24,628 nucleotides of DNA, from assembly GCA_016866895.1 (NCBI GenBank), contig VGKX01000001.1:1-24628 (forward strand), in the 5' to 3' direction. The notes beneath the pieces were generated by a model. That model did no database searches, had not been told where the DNA came from, and saw nothing but the letters and a program-made list of their open reading frames with translations. Made by a program: the position numbers and the translations under genes. Source of the DNA: Candidatus Parvarchaeota archaeon (lineage in GTDB: Archaea > Micrarchaeota > Micrarchaeia > Anstonellales > VGKX01). Positions 10,001 to 17,700 of this stretch are shown here, in pieces; position 1 is the first letter of the stretch; each line of letters begins with the position of its first letter.

Positions 10001-13000
10001 GTAATCTCAAGTGTCCAGTTCTGGCCCTTTGACAGGTTGCCACTTGTTATGTTGGCTATGTTGGTTTCAGTTGCCGAGCTTGCACCAACGTAGGTTCCGG
10101 TAAGGTTGAGAGCCCCGTTTTTGAACCATTTGTAGGAGTAGTTGAAAGAGCCGCCGCCAAATGTCGCATTGGCAAGGCCAAAGAGGGTTGATATCTTGTA
10201 GAATTGGGTGCCGTTGCCGGCCGATGCGCTTGAGTTGAATATTCTTGAGTAAAGAATGTCTGGAGAGGAGATTAGGATGGTAAGTTGCGAGGAGTTCCTT
10301 GAAGTTCCATTTGAAGTGCCGTCAAAGGGCGTGATTTGGCAGACAAGAACGTCAGAGGCGCCGTATGACAAGCTTGTTATTGCCTGCGTTGTTAGCCCAG
10401 TTGAAGTGCCGTTTTTGAACCATAGGTAATAGAATGATGTGGTATCTGAGTCAATGTCCGACGTAGTGGAATTTTCACAGGAAACGTTATCCGTGTTTGC
10501 ATAGGCGATAGAAGGATTGAAAGTCGGGTTTGAAGTGATTGGAAGTGAGTTGGATATTGAGATGGTTGAAGAGTTGTTGGAAGTCGAATTCCCACTTGAG
10601 GAGACGGCCGTAATCTCAAGTGTCCAGTTCTGGCCCTTGGACAGGTTGCCACTTGTTATGTTGGCGATGTTGTATTCGACACCAGAGCTTGCGCCATCAA
10701 ATGTTCCGGATAAGTTCAGCTCGCCATTCTTGAACCATTTGTAGGAGTAGTTGAAGGGGACGGCTTCAGAGGTTGCATTTGCAAGGCCAAAAAGCGTGGA
10801 GTTTTTGTAAAATGTGGTGCCGCCAGTTGAGGACAAGGAAGTATTTCTGATTCTTGAGTGTATGACAGTAGGCACTGCCCCGCTTAAGGATATTGTTAAG
10901 GAAGAGGAATTTGCTGGTGCGCCGATTTCATTCTCGTCCCGGTTATATGGGGTGATTTGACAGGTTATGTTGTCATAGGTTGTGAAAGAGGAATTGGTTA
11001 TGTATTCAGTTGTGATGCCAGTGGAAACGTTGTTCTTGAACCACAAGTAGTAAAACTGTATATCGTCCCCATCAATATCCGAGGATGAGCCATTGACGCA
11101 AGTGATGTTTGGCGTGAACCTCAAGGCGTTTGCCGGCGACAGGGTTGGAGTGGAAGTAGTCGGGGGCGTGTTTGAAATGTTGATTTGAGTTGAATTGAGA
11201 GGAGAGGAGTTGCCAGATGCTGACATGCCGGTTATCTCCAGCCTCCAAGTTTGGCCCTTTGACAGGTTGCCACTTGTTATGTTGGCGATGTTGTACTCGA
11301 CACCAGAGCTTGCGCCGGCAAATGTTCCGGATAAATTCAGCGCGCCGTTCTTGAACCATTTGTAGGAGTAGTTGAAAGGTGTGAGGCCAGAGGTGCCGTT
11401 TGCAAAGCCAACAAGCGTGGAGGCCTTGTAGAAAAGAGTGCCGTTTGTCAAGTTCCGAATTGTTGAGTTAAGAACTGTTGGCAGGCTGAATTCGGTAGTC
11501 AAAGGCAGAGAGTCGGTGTTTGAAGCCTCAATTGTGTATGTCGAATCGCAAATGCTGTCCCAGGGATTTGTATCAGAGCACGTCTGCGAAAAGCCAGTGC
11601 CAGAGGGGTTTGCCCAGAAGTTGCCGCCCAAGTATGAACCGTTCATTATGTTTTTCCCTGAGACTTTGGTCCTGTTCCATATGTTTACGGGAATTGTTAT
11701 TTCAACTGGAGTGGGAAGAGTATAATATACGGTAATGTTTACGTGGTCGATTGAGGCTGTGGACGAGATGGTCGTTGGGTTGACTGCAGAGATTGCAACA
11801 CCAAAGCCAGCATGATTAATGTCTGCAGCGCTCCAAGTTGCCCCCCAGGTATTTCTTGGCCCCCCGTAGGACGAGTAAGCCAATGTAGTGCCCCAGACTC
11901 CGCCTGCCGCATATTCTGTTGCAAGAAAATTGGTGCGGTTGATGATTCTTATTGAATTGTCAGAAACGGTGCCAGCTACGGAAGCGGCTTTTCTTATTGT
12001 CACCAATATGCCGTCAATCCTTGCATTTGTTGGGATGCTAAAGCCAAAGGATTGCGCGGTAAGATAGCGGGAAGTTGTTTCGCAGCCTTTTTGGAAATAC
12101 GCAGTAGCTTTTATTGCTGGCGATGCGCCGCCTCCAATTAATTCGCACAAAGATGCAGTCGCGCTAGTGCCATCAGAAGACTGGGCATTTGTGGGGCTTT
12201 GCCAAGACATTGTCCCAACAGCAAAGTCATTGCTAAATGCCCCCCCATTCCGTGGCCCCGATAACATACTTAGCATTGCAGCGGCAAAATTATTGGTGTT
12301 GTTGAAGATGTTGTTGTAAATCCGGTTGCTTGTAGAGTTGTTTAGGAAAATGCCTGCAAAACTGTTGCTTGCAACAGTGCTGTTTGTCAGGTTGTTGAAG
12401 CTTGAATCGAGGGTGAATGAAATCCCGAGTCCGTAGGGCGTGTTGCTGGAAGAAGTCAGGTTGGAAAGGGTGTTCTTGTTAGAATATTCCAGATAAATGC
12501 CAGCAACATAGCTTCCGGTGGTATTGGTGCCAAAAATGCGGCTTGAAGAAGTGTTATTGAAAAGAATCCCGTATGTGCTTGAATATACGGTTGAGTTAAT
12601 TATTGTGATATTAGTTGAAGCGGTTCTGGCTCTTATGCCAATCGGGTATTCAGAAATGATGCAATTTCGAATTGTAATGTTTTTCTTGGTTGTAATTGAA
12701 ACGCCAACTGCTGCTGCCGATGAGGCTGCCGCGTCAATTGTTTTGCCATTGCAATTTAGCTCGGTATAGTTGCTTGAAAACACAAAGCAGTTCGCATTGC
12801 TGTTGTTTGCAATGTTCTGGGTAAGAGAATAATATGCAGATCCGACAAGGTTTGCATTGCAAGTAGTCAATATTTTTGTGTCCGAAAGCGGCAAGTAGTC
12901 TATGCTTATGGGGTCTGAAATTGTATAGTTGAAGTCGCAAATACCGTTGTCATTATCGGCGCATGCCGAGCGATTTTGGGAAAAACCCGTCCCATTTGGG

Positions 13001-16000
13001 CTTGCCCAGAAGTTGCCGCCAATCATTGAGCCTCCAATCGCGTTTGTTCCGCTTCTAAGTGTAACGTTCCAATAGTTTGTGGAGCTGGAAAGGGTGAAAA
13101 AAACATTTGCAGAGTTGTTGAGAATGTTGTCATAGATCAGGTTATTTGTAGTCTGAGTTCCTTCCTCGTCTTCAAAATTGATGCCGGCTATGGTGCTGTT
13201 TGAAATGTTGTTTTTAGATATGTTGTTGGACTGGCTAGCATAAACGTAAAGACCTGAGTGGGAGCTTGAAGCAAGAGTCGTGTTTTCGATTTTGTTGAAA
13301 TGCGCCTTGGTTAAATAAAGGCCAAAAACATTGAGGATGAAATTTGTCCTGTTGACAAGATTGTAGTTTGAGGAGTCAATGAACAGGCCTGCAGAGTTTG
13401 AAGTAAAGTTGGAATTTATTATCTGGTTGGAGTTTGAAAGGAACATGAGAAGCCCATACAAGTCGTTTGAATCCAGATTCAATTCGGAAAAGTTGTTTGA
13501 GGAAGATGCAGAGGAATATATTCCATAGGGGTTTGAGGATGCAAAGGACCTTGTAAGCGTGTTGTTTGCAGAACCTATAAGATAGACACCTGAGTCCAAA
13601 TTTGAGGAGGCATTGATGCCCGATAGGAGATTGCCACTGGAGTAGTTCAGGTAAACCCCATATGTGCTGGAAACTGAAGTGATGTTGGAGATGGTGTTGT
13701 TCCTAGACCGTTCCAAAATAAGCCCGAAATCAAATCCTGAAACCGTGCAGTTGCCGATAACCGTATTGTTATAACCGGAAACATTTATTCCTGAAGTGTT
13801 TGCAAGCGAATTGCCTGAAATCCTAAAGCCAAGGCAGTTGAGTCTTGCGTTGTTAGACTTTATTGAAATACAGGTTGAGTTTGCAATTGAAATGTTTGAA
13901 CTTAGGGAATATGTAATTGGGTTTGTGAGGTTGGTACATGAGCCTAGGTAGATTGCACTTGAAAGCGGGAGAGAGTCAATGTTGAAGCCCTTATTGCTTG
14001 TAAGATTGTAAGCTGAATCACAAATGCCATCTGCCGGGGATATGTCGGCACAAGTGTCAGAATATCCGGTTCCTGAAGGTGTTCCCCAATAGTTTCCGCC
14101 AAGGAAAGGGCCGTTCCTGAAGTTCAGTTTGCCTGCCTTTGTTATGTTCCATATGGTGCTGTTTTGCAGGTCAGTTATGTTGAAGTTGACAGTGTTGTTG
14201 AAGTAATTATTGGAGAATGCATTTTTTTGCGATGTTGGCACGTTTGAGATGTTTAGGCCAACTGCGCTGCTGCCAAGCAGGGTGAGAATGGTGAAGCGAT
14301 TTGAACCAGAAAGGTCAATCCGGATGCCGTTTCCGTTGTTGAGAAGAGTTGCCTCAGAAAAGTTAGCAGAATATGAGGAATTGAGGAGGATACCGTATGT
14401 GTTTGAGTTTAGGACTAGGTTTGTAAAGTTGCTGACATTGGATGTGTGCAGGTAAACTGCGTAGGCGACGCTTGAATTGGAAGTCAGGTTGGAAACATAT
14501 GTCCTGTTGGACTGGTTTATGAGAAGCCCAATGGAATTGAGGTTTGAAGTAAGATTGGAAACTGAGTTGTTGGATGAGGCGAGGACATAAAATCCTATTG
14601 CCCTTGAATTGTTTGTCGTATTTATGTATGTAAACTGGTTGTTTGAAGAGGCATTGACAAAAATGCCAAAGTTTGAATTGTTCTTGGCGATTACATTTGA
14701 AACCGATACATAGGTTGACGAGGTGACTACAAGGCCGGAATAGGAGTTGTTTGTAAAGTTGCTGTTGGTGATTATGGCACCAGACACGCCGCTTAGCCTT
14801 ATGCCCTGGTTAAGCCCCCGTATGTCACAGTCCCTTATTTGCACGTTGCTCCCATTTACGCTAATGCCGATTGTCCCCGACTGGCTCGTCCCGTTGATTG
14901 ACTTACCGGTGCAGCGTATTTCAACCTGGTTTGCCGTGACATTGATGCACGTTGACGAGGCAACCTGCAAGGCCGCGTTAATCGTATAAATGCCAGGATA
15001 AGAGAGGTTTGAGCAGGAAGAAATTACTGAATTTGCGCTTGCCAAAGGAAGGTAGTCGGTATTGTTGAGGGTGCCTGTTGTAATGTTATATGTTGAATCG
15101 CAGATATTGTCCACATTGGTATCTGTACAAGTTGACGTATTTTCGGAAAACCCAAAGCCCGAAGGGTTTGCCCAGAAATTGCCTCCAATTGCAAAGCCGC
15201 CCACAATGTTGCGCTTGTCTGTAGCATTGAAAGTTGTGTTCCACCGGTTGTTGTTTGGAAGATTGAAAAAGATTGCATTGTTTGTGTTATTCAGGAAATT
15301 GTTGAAAAAAGTGTTGTTGGCAGATGCGGTGAGGTTGATGCCGGAAAGGTTGTTGTTTGTAATCGAGAGATTGGAGATTGAGTTGTTGTATGAGAAGTTT
15401 AGGAATAGACCGCTTTTTGCATTTCCATCAAGGCTGCCTACAGATATTGTACTGTTGTGCGAGTTGTTGAAAAACAGGCCAAATTGGGTGTTGTTCCTAA
15501 GTGTCAGATTGGAAAGCGTGTTGTTGTATGAATACGTGTAGAAAACACCTGAGTCAAAATTGTAAACCTCGCATCTTTGAATTGTTGTGAAATTGCTCCG
15601 GTTTATGAAAAGGCCGTAAGTGTTTGCAGCCCCGCTTCCGTTGATTGCAAAATTATTGCAGTCAAATGTTATATTGCTTGAAAGAACCCTGATGCAGGTT
15701 GCAGAAGGAGAGGAAATGTTGTTCATTAGAAGATAGGAGCCTGGCTCTGTTATGTTGATACAGGAATAAACAAAATTGATGCCAGAAAGTGGGAGGGCAT
15801 CATCGTTTACAGTGCCATTGATTGTATAATTAGTCGAGCACAACCCATCTTTGTCAGAATCGTCACAAACCTGTGAAAATCCGGTTTTTGCAGGATTTGC
15901 CCAGAAATTGCCGCCAGTGTAAGGGCCTGCTCTTATGTTTGTTGCCAAAGTCATGCTTGTGTTCCAGGAGTTTGCCGATGAATTGAGGACATAGACGTTT

Positions 16001-17637
16001 TTTGTATTGTTGAAAATGTTGTTGTAAAATAGGTTGCCTGTTGAAGAGCCAAGGCTAATGCCAAGTTTGCTGTTATTTGATACAATAGAGTTGTAGATTG
16101 TAGAGCTGTCACTGTTAGAATAAGTTATACCATATGTATTGTTGTTAATGCTAGAATTGTAAATTTTTACACTATCAGCATTTGAAATTGCAAGTCCAGT
16201 AGAGAAATTCAGCACTTTGCAATTTCTAACTATGCTTTGGGACGAGCCAATTGATATTCCAGTTCCTGTTCCGCTTCCCCTAATTGAGTAGCCTTTGCAA
16301 TCAAGCTGGATGTTTTGGTCCTGAATCAGAGTGAGACAGGAGCCAGAAGATGTCAAATTCTGTGTAAGTTTATAAGTGCTTTGAGAGGTAACAGTGGTAG
16401 GACAGGAAGTAATTGGTGTTGAGAATGAAAGTGGGAGAGAATCACCTGCAGCTAGCTCATTTGAACTGTCAAAATCCTGAATGTATGGAACAGGACAGAA
16501 CGACGATGGATCATCGTCTATAAATCCATTTTCATCATTGTCAGTACAGTTTTGGGAAAACCCATTGCCCAGAGGAGCAACCCACGCATTGCCTCCAAGA
16601 ACTGGACCGCCAACAATGTTTGTTCCCGAGGTGTTTGAGGCATTTAGATTAACATACAGGCGTGAATTGCACGGATAGCGAATCGAGTTTGAGGCATTGA
16701 GGATGTTGTTGTAGATTGAGATATTGTGATAAATTTGATAGGAGCAGGAAGTATAATAGAAATTGATAAGCTCGTTGTCTTTGTCTGTCGAAGTCAGTGT
16801 GCTGTTAGTTATGACGTCGTTGTAAAAGTGTGCCAATCCTTCAAAATTAATAACTCCTTGGGCTATGGCGCCAGTTCTAGAAGTGACATTTGCAATGACA
16901 TTGTTTGAGGCCCCATCTGCAAAAGTTATTGGCTTGCAGGCAGCACTACACGAAAAATTGCCAAGATAGATTTTTGTATTGTTTGAAACTACTTTGATTC
17001 CAGTGCCAGAACCTGGAGCTATATTGAAGTTGGAGACAAGCACGTTTGAGCTATCTTCGACTTTAATGGCAGCCACAGCAACAGTTGAGTCGCTTTTAAA
17101 GCCAGAGATATTTACATTTGAGGATTTGTCTATGTGAATGCCAGTTGGCAAACCAGCCGCGTTTGAGACAGTTGTGTTGTTAATTCTTATATTGGTGCTT
17201 CCTGCATGAATTTCAAAACCTGATGATTGAAAATCACCGTGGATTACACAATTTCTTATTGTAATGTTGTTGCGGCCAGTGATGTTGAATGCGTATTTGT
17301 CATATGAGGTTGCATACGAACTAATAGAATGGCCAGAGCAGTCAAAATCAACATTGTCTTGGCCAAACTGGAAGCAACCAGTCCACGTACTGCCAGCCTG
17401 AGAATCACTAAAGACAATGTCTTGAGAAAGTGTGAAATCTCCAGTACCAAGGGATTGTACGCAAACTGATAGAGAAGTTGAATAAGCCGACCCAATCAAG
17501 AAAAATACCAGGAGAATAAAAAGGCAAATGACGCGTGAAACTGCTGCCATAGAACTAGTTGCAGAAAATATAGAGCGCTGACCTGCAAGATAAGAAGTAA
17601 GCTGATGAAGGACAGACCCACTTTTTTTGACTAACAT
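4039..17637 (-). CDS. Giant secreted surface protein (~4,500 aa) with 9 parallel beta-helix (NosD/PbH1-like) modules, a central Ig-like tandem array and 2 inserted domains; no C-terminal TM anchor
   Basis: Uninterrupted 13.6-kb ORF. Signal peptide ...SRVICLFILLVFFLIGSAYS. Nine copies of the module end GGN(F/Y/A)W..P.G.GFS..C.D...D.(I/L)C...Y......D.LPL. Start is uncertain: GTG 17643, ATG 17637 (near-leaderless from TATA 17663-17672) or ATG 17550. Confidence 0.95.
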   Translation of the reverse strand: MLVKKSGSVLHQLTSYLAGQRSIFSATSSMAAVSRVICLFILLVFFLIGSAYSTSLSVCVQSLGTGDFTLSQDIVFSDSQAGSTWTGCFQFGQDNVDFDCSGHSISSYATSYDKYAFNITGRNNITIRNCVIHGDFQSSGFEIHAGSTNIRINNTTVSNAAGLPTGIHIDKSSNVNISGFKSDSTVAVAAIKVEDSSNVLVSNFNIAPGSGTGIKVVSNNTKIYLGNFSCSAACKPITFADGASNNVIANVTSRTGAIAQGVINFEGLAHFYNDVITNSTLTSTDKDNELINFYYTSCSYQIYHNISIYNNILNASNSIRYPCNSRLYVNLNASNTSGTNIVGGPVLGGNAWVAPLGNGFSQNCTDNDENGFIDDDPSSFCPVPYIQDFDSSNELAAGDSLPLSFSTPITSCPTTVTSQSTYKLTQNLTSSGSCLTLIQDQNIQLDCKGYSIRGSGTGTGISIGSSQSIVRNCKVLNFSTGLAISNADSVKIYNSSINNNTYGITYSNSDSSTIYNSIVSNNSKLGISLGSSTGNLFYNNIFNNTKNVYVLNSSANSWNTSMTLATNIRAGPYTGGNFWANPAKTGFSQVCDDSDKDGLCSTNYTINGTVNDDALPLSGINFVYSCINITEPGSYLLMNNISSPSATCIRVLSSNITFDCNNFAINGSGAANTYGLFINRSNFTTIQRCEVYNFDSGVFYTYSYNNTLSNLTLRNNTQFGLFFNNSHNSTISVGSLDGNAKSGLFLNFSYNNSISNLSITNNNLSGINLTASANNTFFNNFLNNTNNAIFFNLPNNNRWNTTFNATDKRNIVGGFAIGGNFWANPSGFGFSENTSTCTDTNVDNICDSTYNITTGTLNNTDYLPLASANSVISSCSNLSYPGIYTINAALQVASSTCINVTANQVEIRCTGKSINGTSQSGTIGISVNGSNVQIRDCDIRGLNQGIRLSGVSGAIITNSNFTNNSYSGLVVTSSTYVSVSNVIAKNNSNFGIFVNASSNNQFTYINTTNNSRAIGFYVLASSNNSVSNLTSNLNSIGLLINQSNRTYVSNLTSNSSVAYAVYLHTSNVSNFTNLVLNSNTYGILLNSSYSANFSEATLLNNGNGIRIDLSGSNRFTILTLLGSSAVGLNISNVPTSQKNAFSNNYFNNTVNFNITDLQNSTIWNITKAGKLNFRNGPFLGGNYWGTPSGTGYSDTCADISPADGICDSAYNLTSNKGFNIDSLPLSSAIYLGSCTNLTNPITYSLSSNISIANSTCISIKSNNARLNCLGFRISGNSLANTSGINVSGYNNTVIGNCTVSGFDFGLILERSRNNTISNITSVSSTYGVYLNYSSGNLLSGINASSNLDSGVYLIGSANNTLTRSFASSNPYGIYSSASSSNNFSELNLDSNDLYGLLMFLSNSNQIINSNFTSNSAGLFIDSSNYNLVNRTNFILNVFGLYLTKAHFNKIENTTLASSSHSGLYVYASQSNNISKNNISNSTIAGINFEDEEGTQTTNNLIYDNILNNSANVFFTLSSSTNYWNVTLRSGTNAIGGSMIGGNFWASPNGTGFSQNRSACADNDNGICDFNYTISDPISIDYLPLSDTKILTTCNANLVGSAYYSLTQNIANNSNANCFVFSSNYTELNCNGKTIDAAASSAAAVGVSITTKKNITIRNCIISEYPIGIRARTASTNITIINSTVYSSTYGILFNNTSSSRIFGTNTTGSYVAGIYLEYSNKNTLSNLTSSSNTPYGLGISFTLDSSFNNLTNSTVASNSFAGIFLNNSTSNRIYNNIFNNTNNFAAAMLSMLSGPRNGGAFSNDFAVGTMSWQSPTNAQSSDGTSATASLCELIGGGASPAIKATAYFQKGCETTSRYLTAQSFGFSIPTNARIDGILVTIRKAASVAGTVSDNSIRIINRTNFLATEYAAGGVWGTTLAYSSYGGPRNTWGATWSAADINHAGFGVAISAVNPTTISSTASIDHVNITVYYTLPTPVEITIPVNIWNRTKVSGKNIMNGSYLGGNFWANPSGTGFSQTCSDTNPWDSICDSTYTIEASNTDSLPLTTEFSLPTVLNSTIRNLTNGTLFYKASTLVGFANGTSGLTPFNYSYKWFKNGALNLSGTFAGASSGVEYNIANITSGNLSKGQTWRLEITGMSASGNSSPLNSTQINISNTPPTTSTPTLSPANALRFTPNITCVNGSSSDIDGDDIQFYYLWFKNNVSTGITTEYITNSSFTTYDNITCQITPYNRDENEIGAPANSSSLTISLSGAVPTVIHSRIRNTSLSSTGGTTFYKNSTLFGLANATSEAVPFNYSYKWFKNGELNLSGTFDGASSGVEYNIANITSGNLSKGQNWTLEITAVSSSGNSTSNNSSTISISNSLPITSNPTFNPSIAYANTDNVSCENSTTSDIDSDTTSFYYLWFKNGTSTGLTTQAITSLSYGASDVLVCQITPFDGTSNGTSRNSSQLTILISSPDILYSRIFNSSASAGNGTQFYKISTLFGLANATFGGGSFNYSYKWFKNGALNLTGTYVGASSATETNIANITSGNLSKGQNWTLEITAVSSSGNSTSNNSSVITISNLPPNTSTPALSPTVAYTNTSNITCSNSSASDEDGDSVSFSYLWFKNGAATGVATSYITNSSYVANDNITCQITPSDGFDNGTPVNSSQTTITATPPSSPSVRIINSTNGTQFYKISTLFGLANATFGGGSFNYSYKWFKNGELNLSGTFDGASSGVEYNIANITSDNLSKGQNWTLEITAVSSSGNSSAVNSTSINISNSPPNTSLPTVSPSIVYTNTANVSCNNSTSADNDGDSISFFYLWFINGSSTGITSSNISNSSFGAGDSVLCQITPSDGAANGSSSNSTSLTILFPAPTINSITIINSSNLSENGTVFYATSTLFGFANASHASSSFNFSYRWFVNGVLNLSGVFAGAASGISSNIANITSDNLSKGQNWTLEITAVSSSGNSSAANSSSVSISNSRPTTSAPTLSPTAVNTNTSIVTCNNGTTLDADWDTVSFYYLWYKNNASTGNTSSSLSNSSFTANDILICQITPFDGTENGTPANSTHVTVGVQEPTIVSVFLYNSTNASENGTVYFNNYTIYGFANSSYSGNSSFNYTYSWYVDGAVNSTGNFIGATEGMANIANLSGVLSKNQRWVLEVVAVNNLYSTSPKNSTTAIIWNTPPTTSSPALSPTTITKNTSAVYCLNGSTSDADGDNVSFIYLWYRNGNSTGVTAQFITNSSFNLSDNITCQIMAIDLSADTKAARNLSNISSSSIAWSNPANAQHADSSYASVTLDSERSTSLAATNFSFSLAPWSNVTGVLVSVAKTTGEGVAQALFDDSVKLIRLGTVSGSNKGSSESWPSSPAAIYYGGSYDLWNLNFTPSGINSGNFGVAISAVSHDYAQALVDSINITVYSTTNSSKYNSSTVQVTNAPPVTGVPTLVPSVAYTNTKNITCINTSAYDYEGSNISFYYLWFKNGAATAFNNSSISNSSFTENDALLCQITPFDGTYNGTPVNSSQLTVYSININVTIASILNTSNGTVFMPDSVLYGHAKAVAPLNPSSSFLFNYSYTWYLNGAAVEAGSYPNAQSNADTVIATMGDLVSGQVWILQVTAIYNSSRSTLNSSPIKISTPTVSCSNLSTANALYTLASGLNVASGTCLNVIAQNVTVDCQGQSIDGGLNSDTIGIHINRYNNTVVKNCTLRNLGYGLYLSTTSGGLVTNNTIANSTETGIYLNLASGNTFYNNYIRNYENYNNPSGYSNVWNTNPGTSTNIVAGRKIGGNFWADPLGSGFSEICEDYDNNSICDSPLALDSSNKDFYPLGVSASLPGSCDNMTESGVYTLTGSISGYPVTCMKVLANFVTLDCLGRTIDGLDGGGTYGISVIGYNNTTIKNCVVTDFYDGVHIENSHSNRLINVTTNSNTNTGLSLISSGGNVVDALASRENRYYDLLVQPSSPSDCANTIENSTGSGERQILYAGGKPGYLYNDVASQIVFCNAVSSFVENVTVSGSDTLENNGIFAYYSNYSTFANVDSSDNLIGLELSKGSSYATVIGSKFTSNSRGVSIDGGYNELANLTLDYNKYGLYMVNGAHDNTLTNSIVKNNDYGFYLYSAVKNTFFNNYFSNAVNVEVQANQKNIWNTTKIPGANIIGGSNLGGNYWAKEGADGFSQLCADANDDSICDTGYKVNSNNNIDMLPLAGINRITECMQITKSGAYLVAADVAGSGKCINVLANNVDITCEGNTISGTNQSSSIGVNVQDADNFRLSGCTISNFGTGLKISQSSGSSITGTKILSSKLYGINLTGVHGSKIYNNLFNNARNAFVQDSSNISWNRAKFPAISIVGGSYSGGNAWASPTGVDFSQLCYDSQPDGICDQQYNVSGNFSPGSQSVQAHIDYLPLSIPSGDSAGVNFITISSDTSAQVNLSFQDIRPGEEKEFKFMLRNDGIQNIALGVYSDKDAGEFIGGSNPLFQISAQSYKPGSCFGSLAGFSNLSAKAVELCPSLQFRDESDTLEITVKVKIDTDSPAQESSAYLTFVSSPI
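6770..11490 (-). repeat. Intragenic tandem array of alternating ~100-aa Ig-like units A (YKWFKNG..NITSGNLSKGQ.W.LEIT) and B (C.N...D.DGD...F.YLWFKNG...CQITP.DG); ~7 of each, A+B period ~600 nt
   Basis: Read directly from the translation. A units share 56-74-bp perfect DNA identities (e.g. 9470-9543 = 10676-10749). Confidence 0.9.
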
Positions 17638-17662
17638 TAGCACATATATGGACAGAGACCTA

Positions 17663-17678
17663 TTTATATATATTTCTG
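17663..17678. promoter_or_regulatory. Bidirectionally readable TATA element: TTTATATA on + (17663-17670); CAGAAA(BRE)-TATATATAAA on - (17678-17663)
   Basis: Matches archaeal TATA consensus on both strands, ~30 nt from the giant-gene start on - and ~30 nt from the 5' end of the folded segment on +. Confidence 0.65.
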
Positions 17679-17700
17679 GTTGGGAACGAGGTAAAGTTAA

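Noticed and set aside
8786-11376. CRISPR-like or mobile repeat array
   Set aside because: The repeats are in-frame parts of protein domains with a ~600-nt period; no spacers, cas genes or transposase.
4775-16908. Numerous 60-160-aa ORFs overlapping the giant gene on either strand
   Set aside because: Shadow ORFs. The recurring antisense peptides merely mirror the sense-strand repeats.
15900-17550. Low GC at the giant's N-terminal end as a sign of a recently swapped tip
   Set aside because: Hand-sampled 60-mers gave 30-42% GC there, but mid-gene beta-helix lines also gave 35-38%, so amino-acid composition can explain it. A sliding GC3 analysis is needed.
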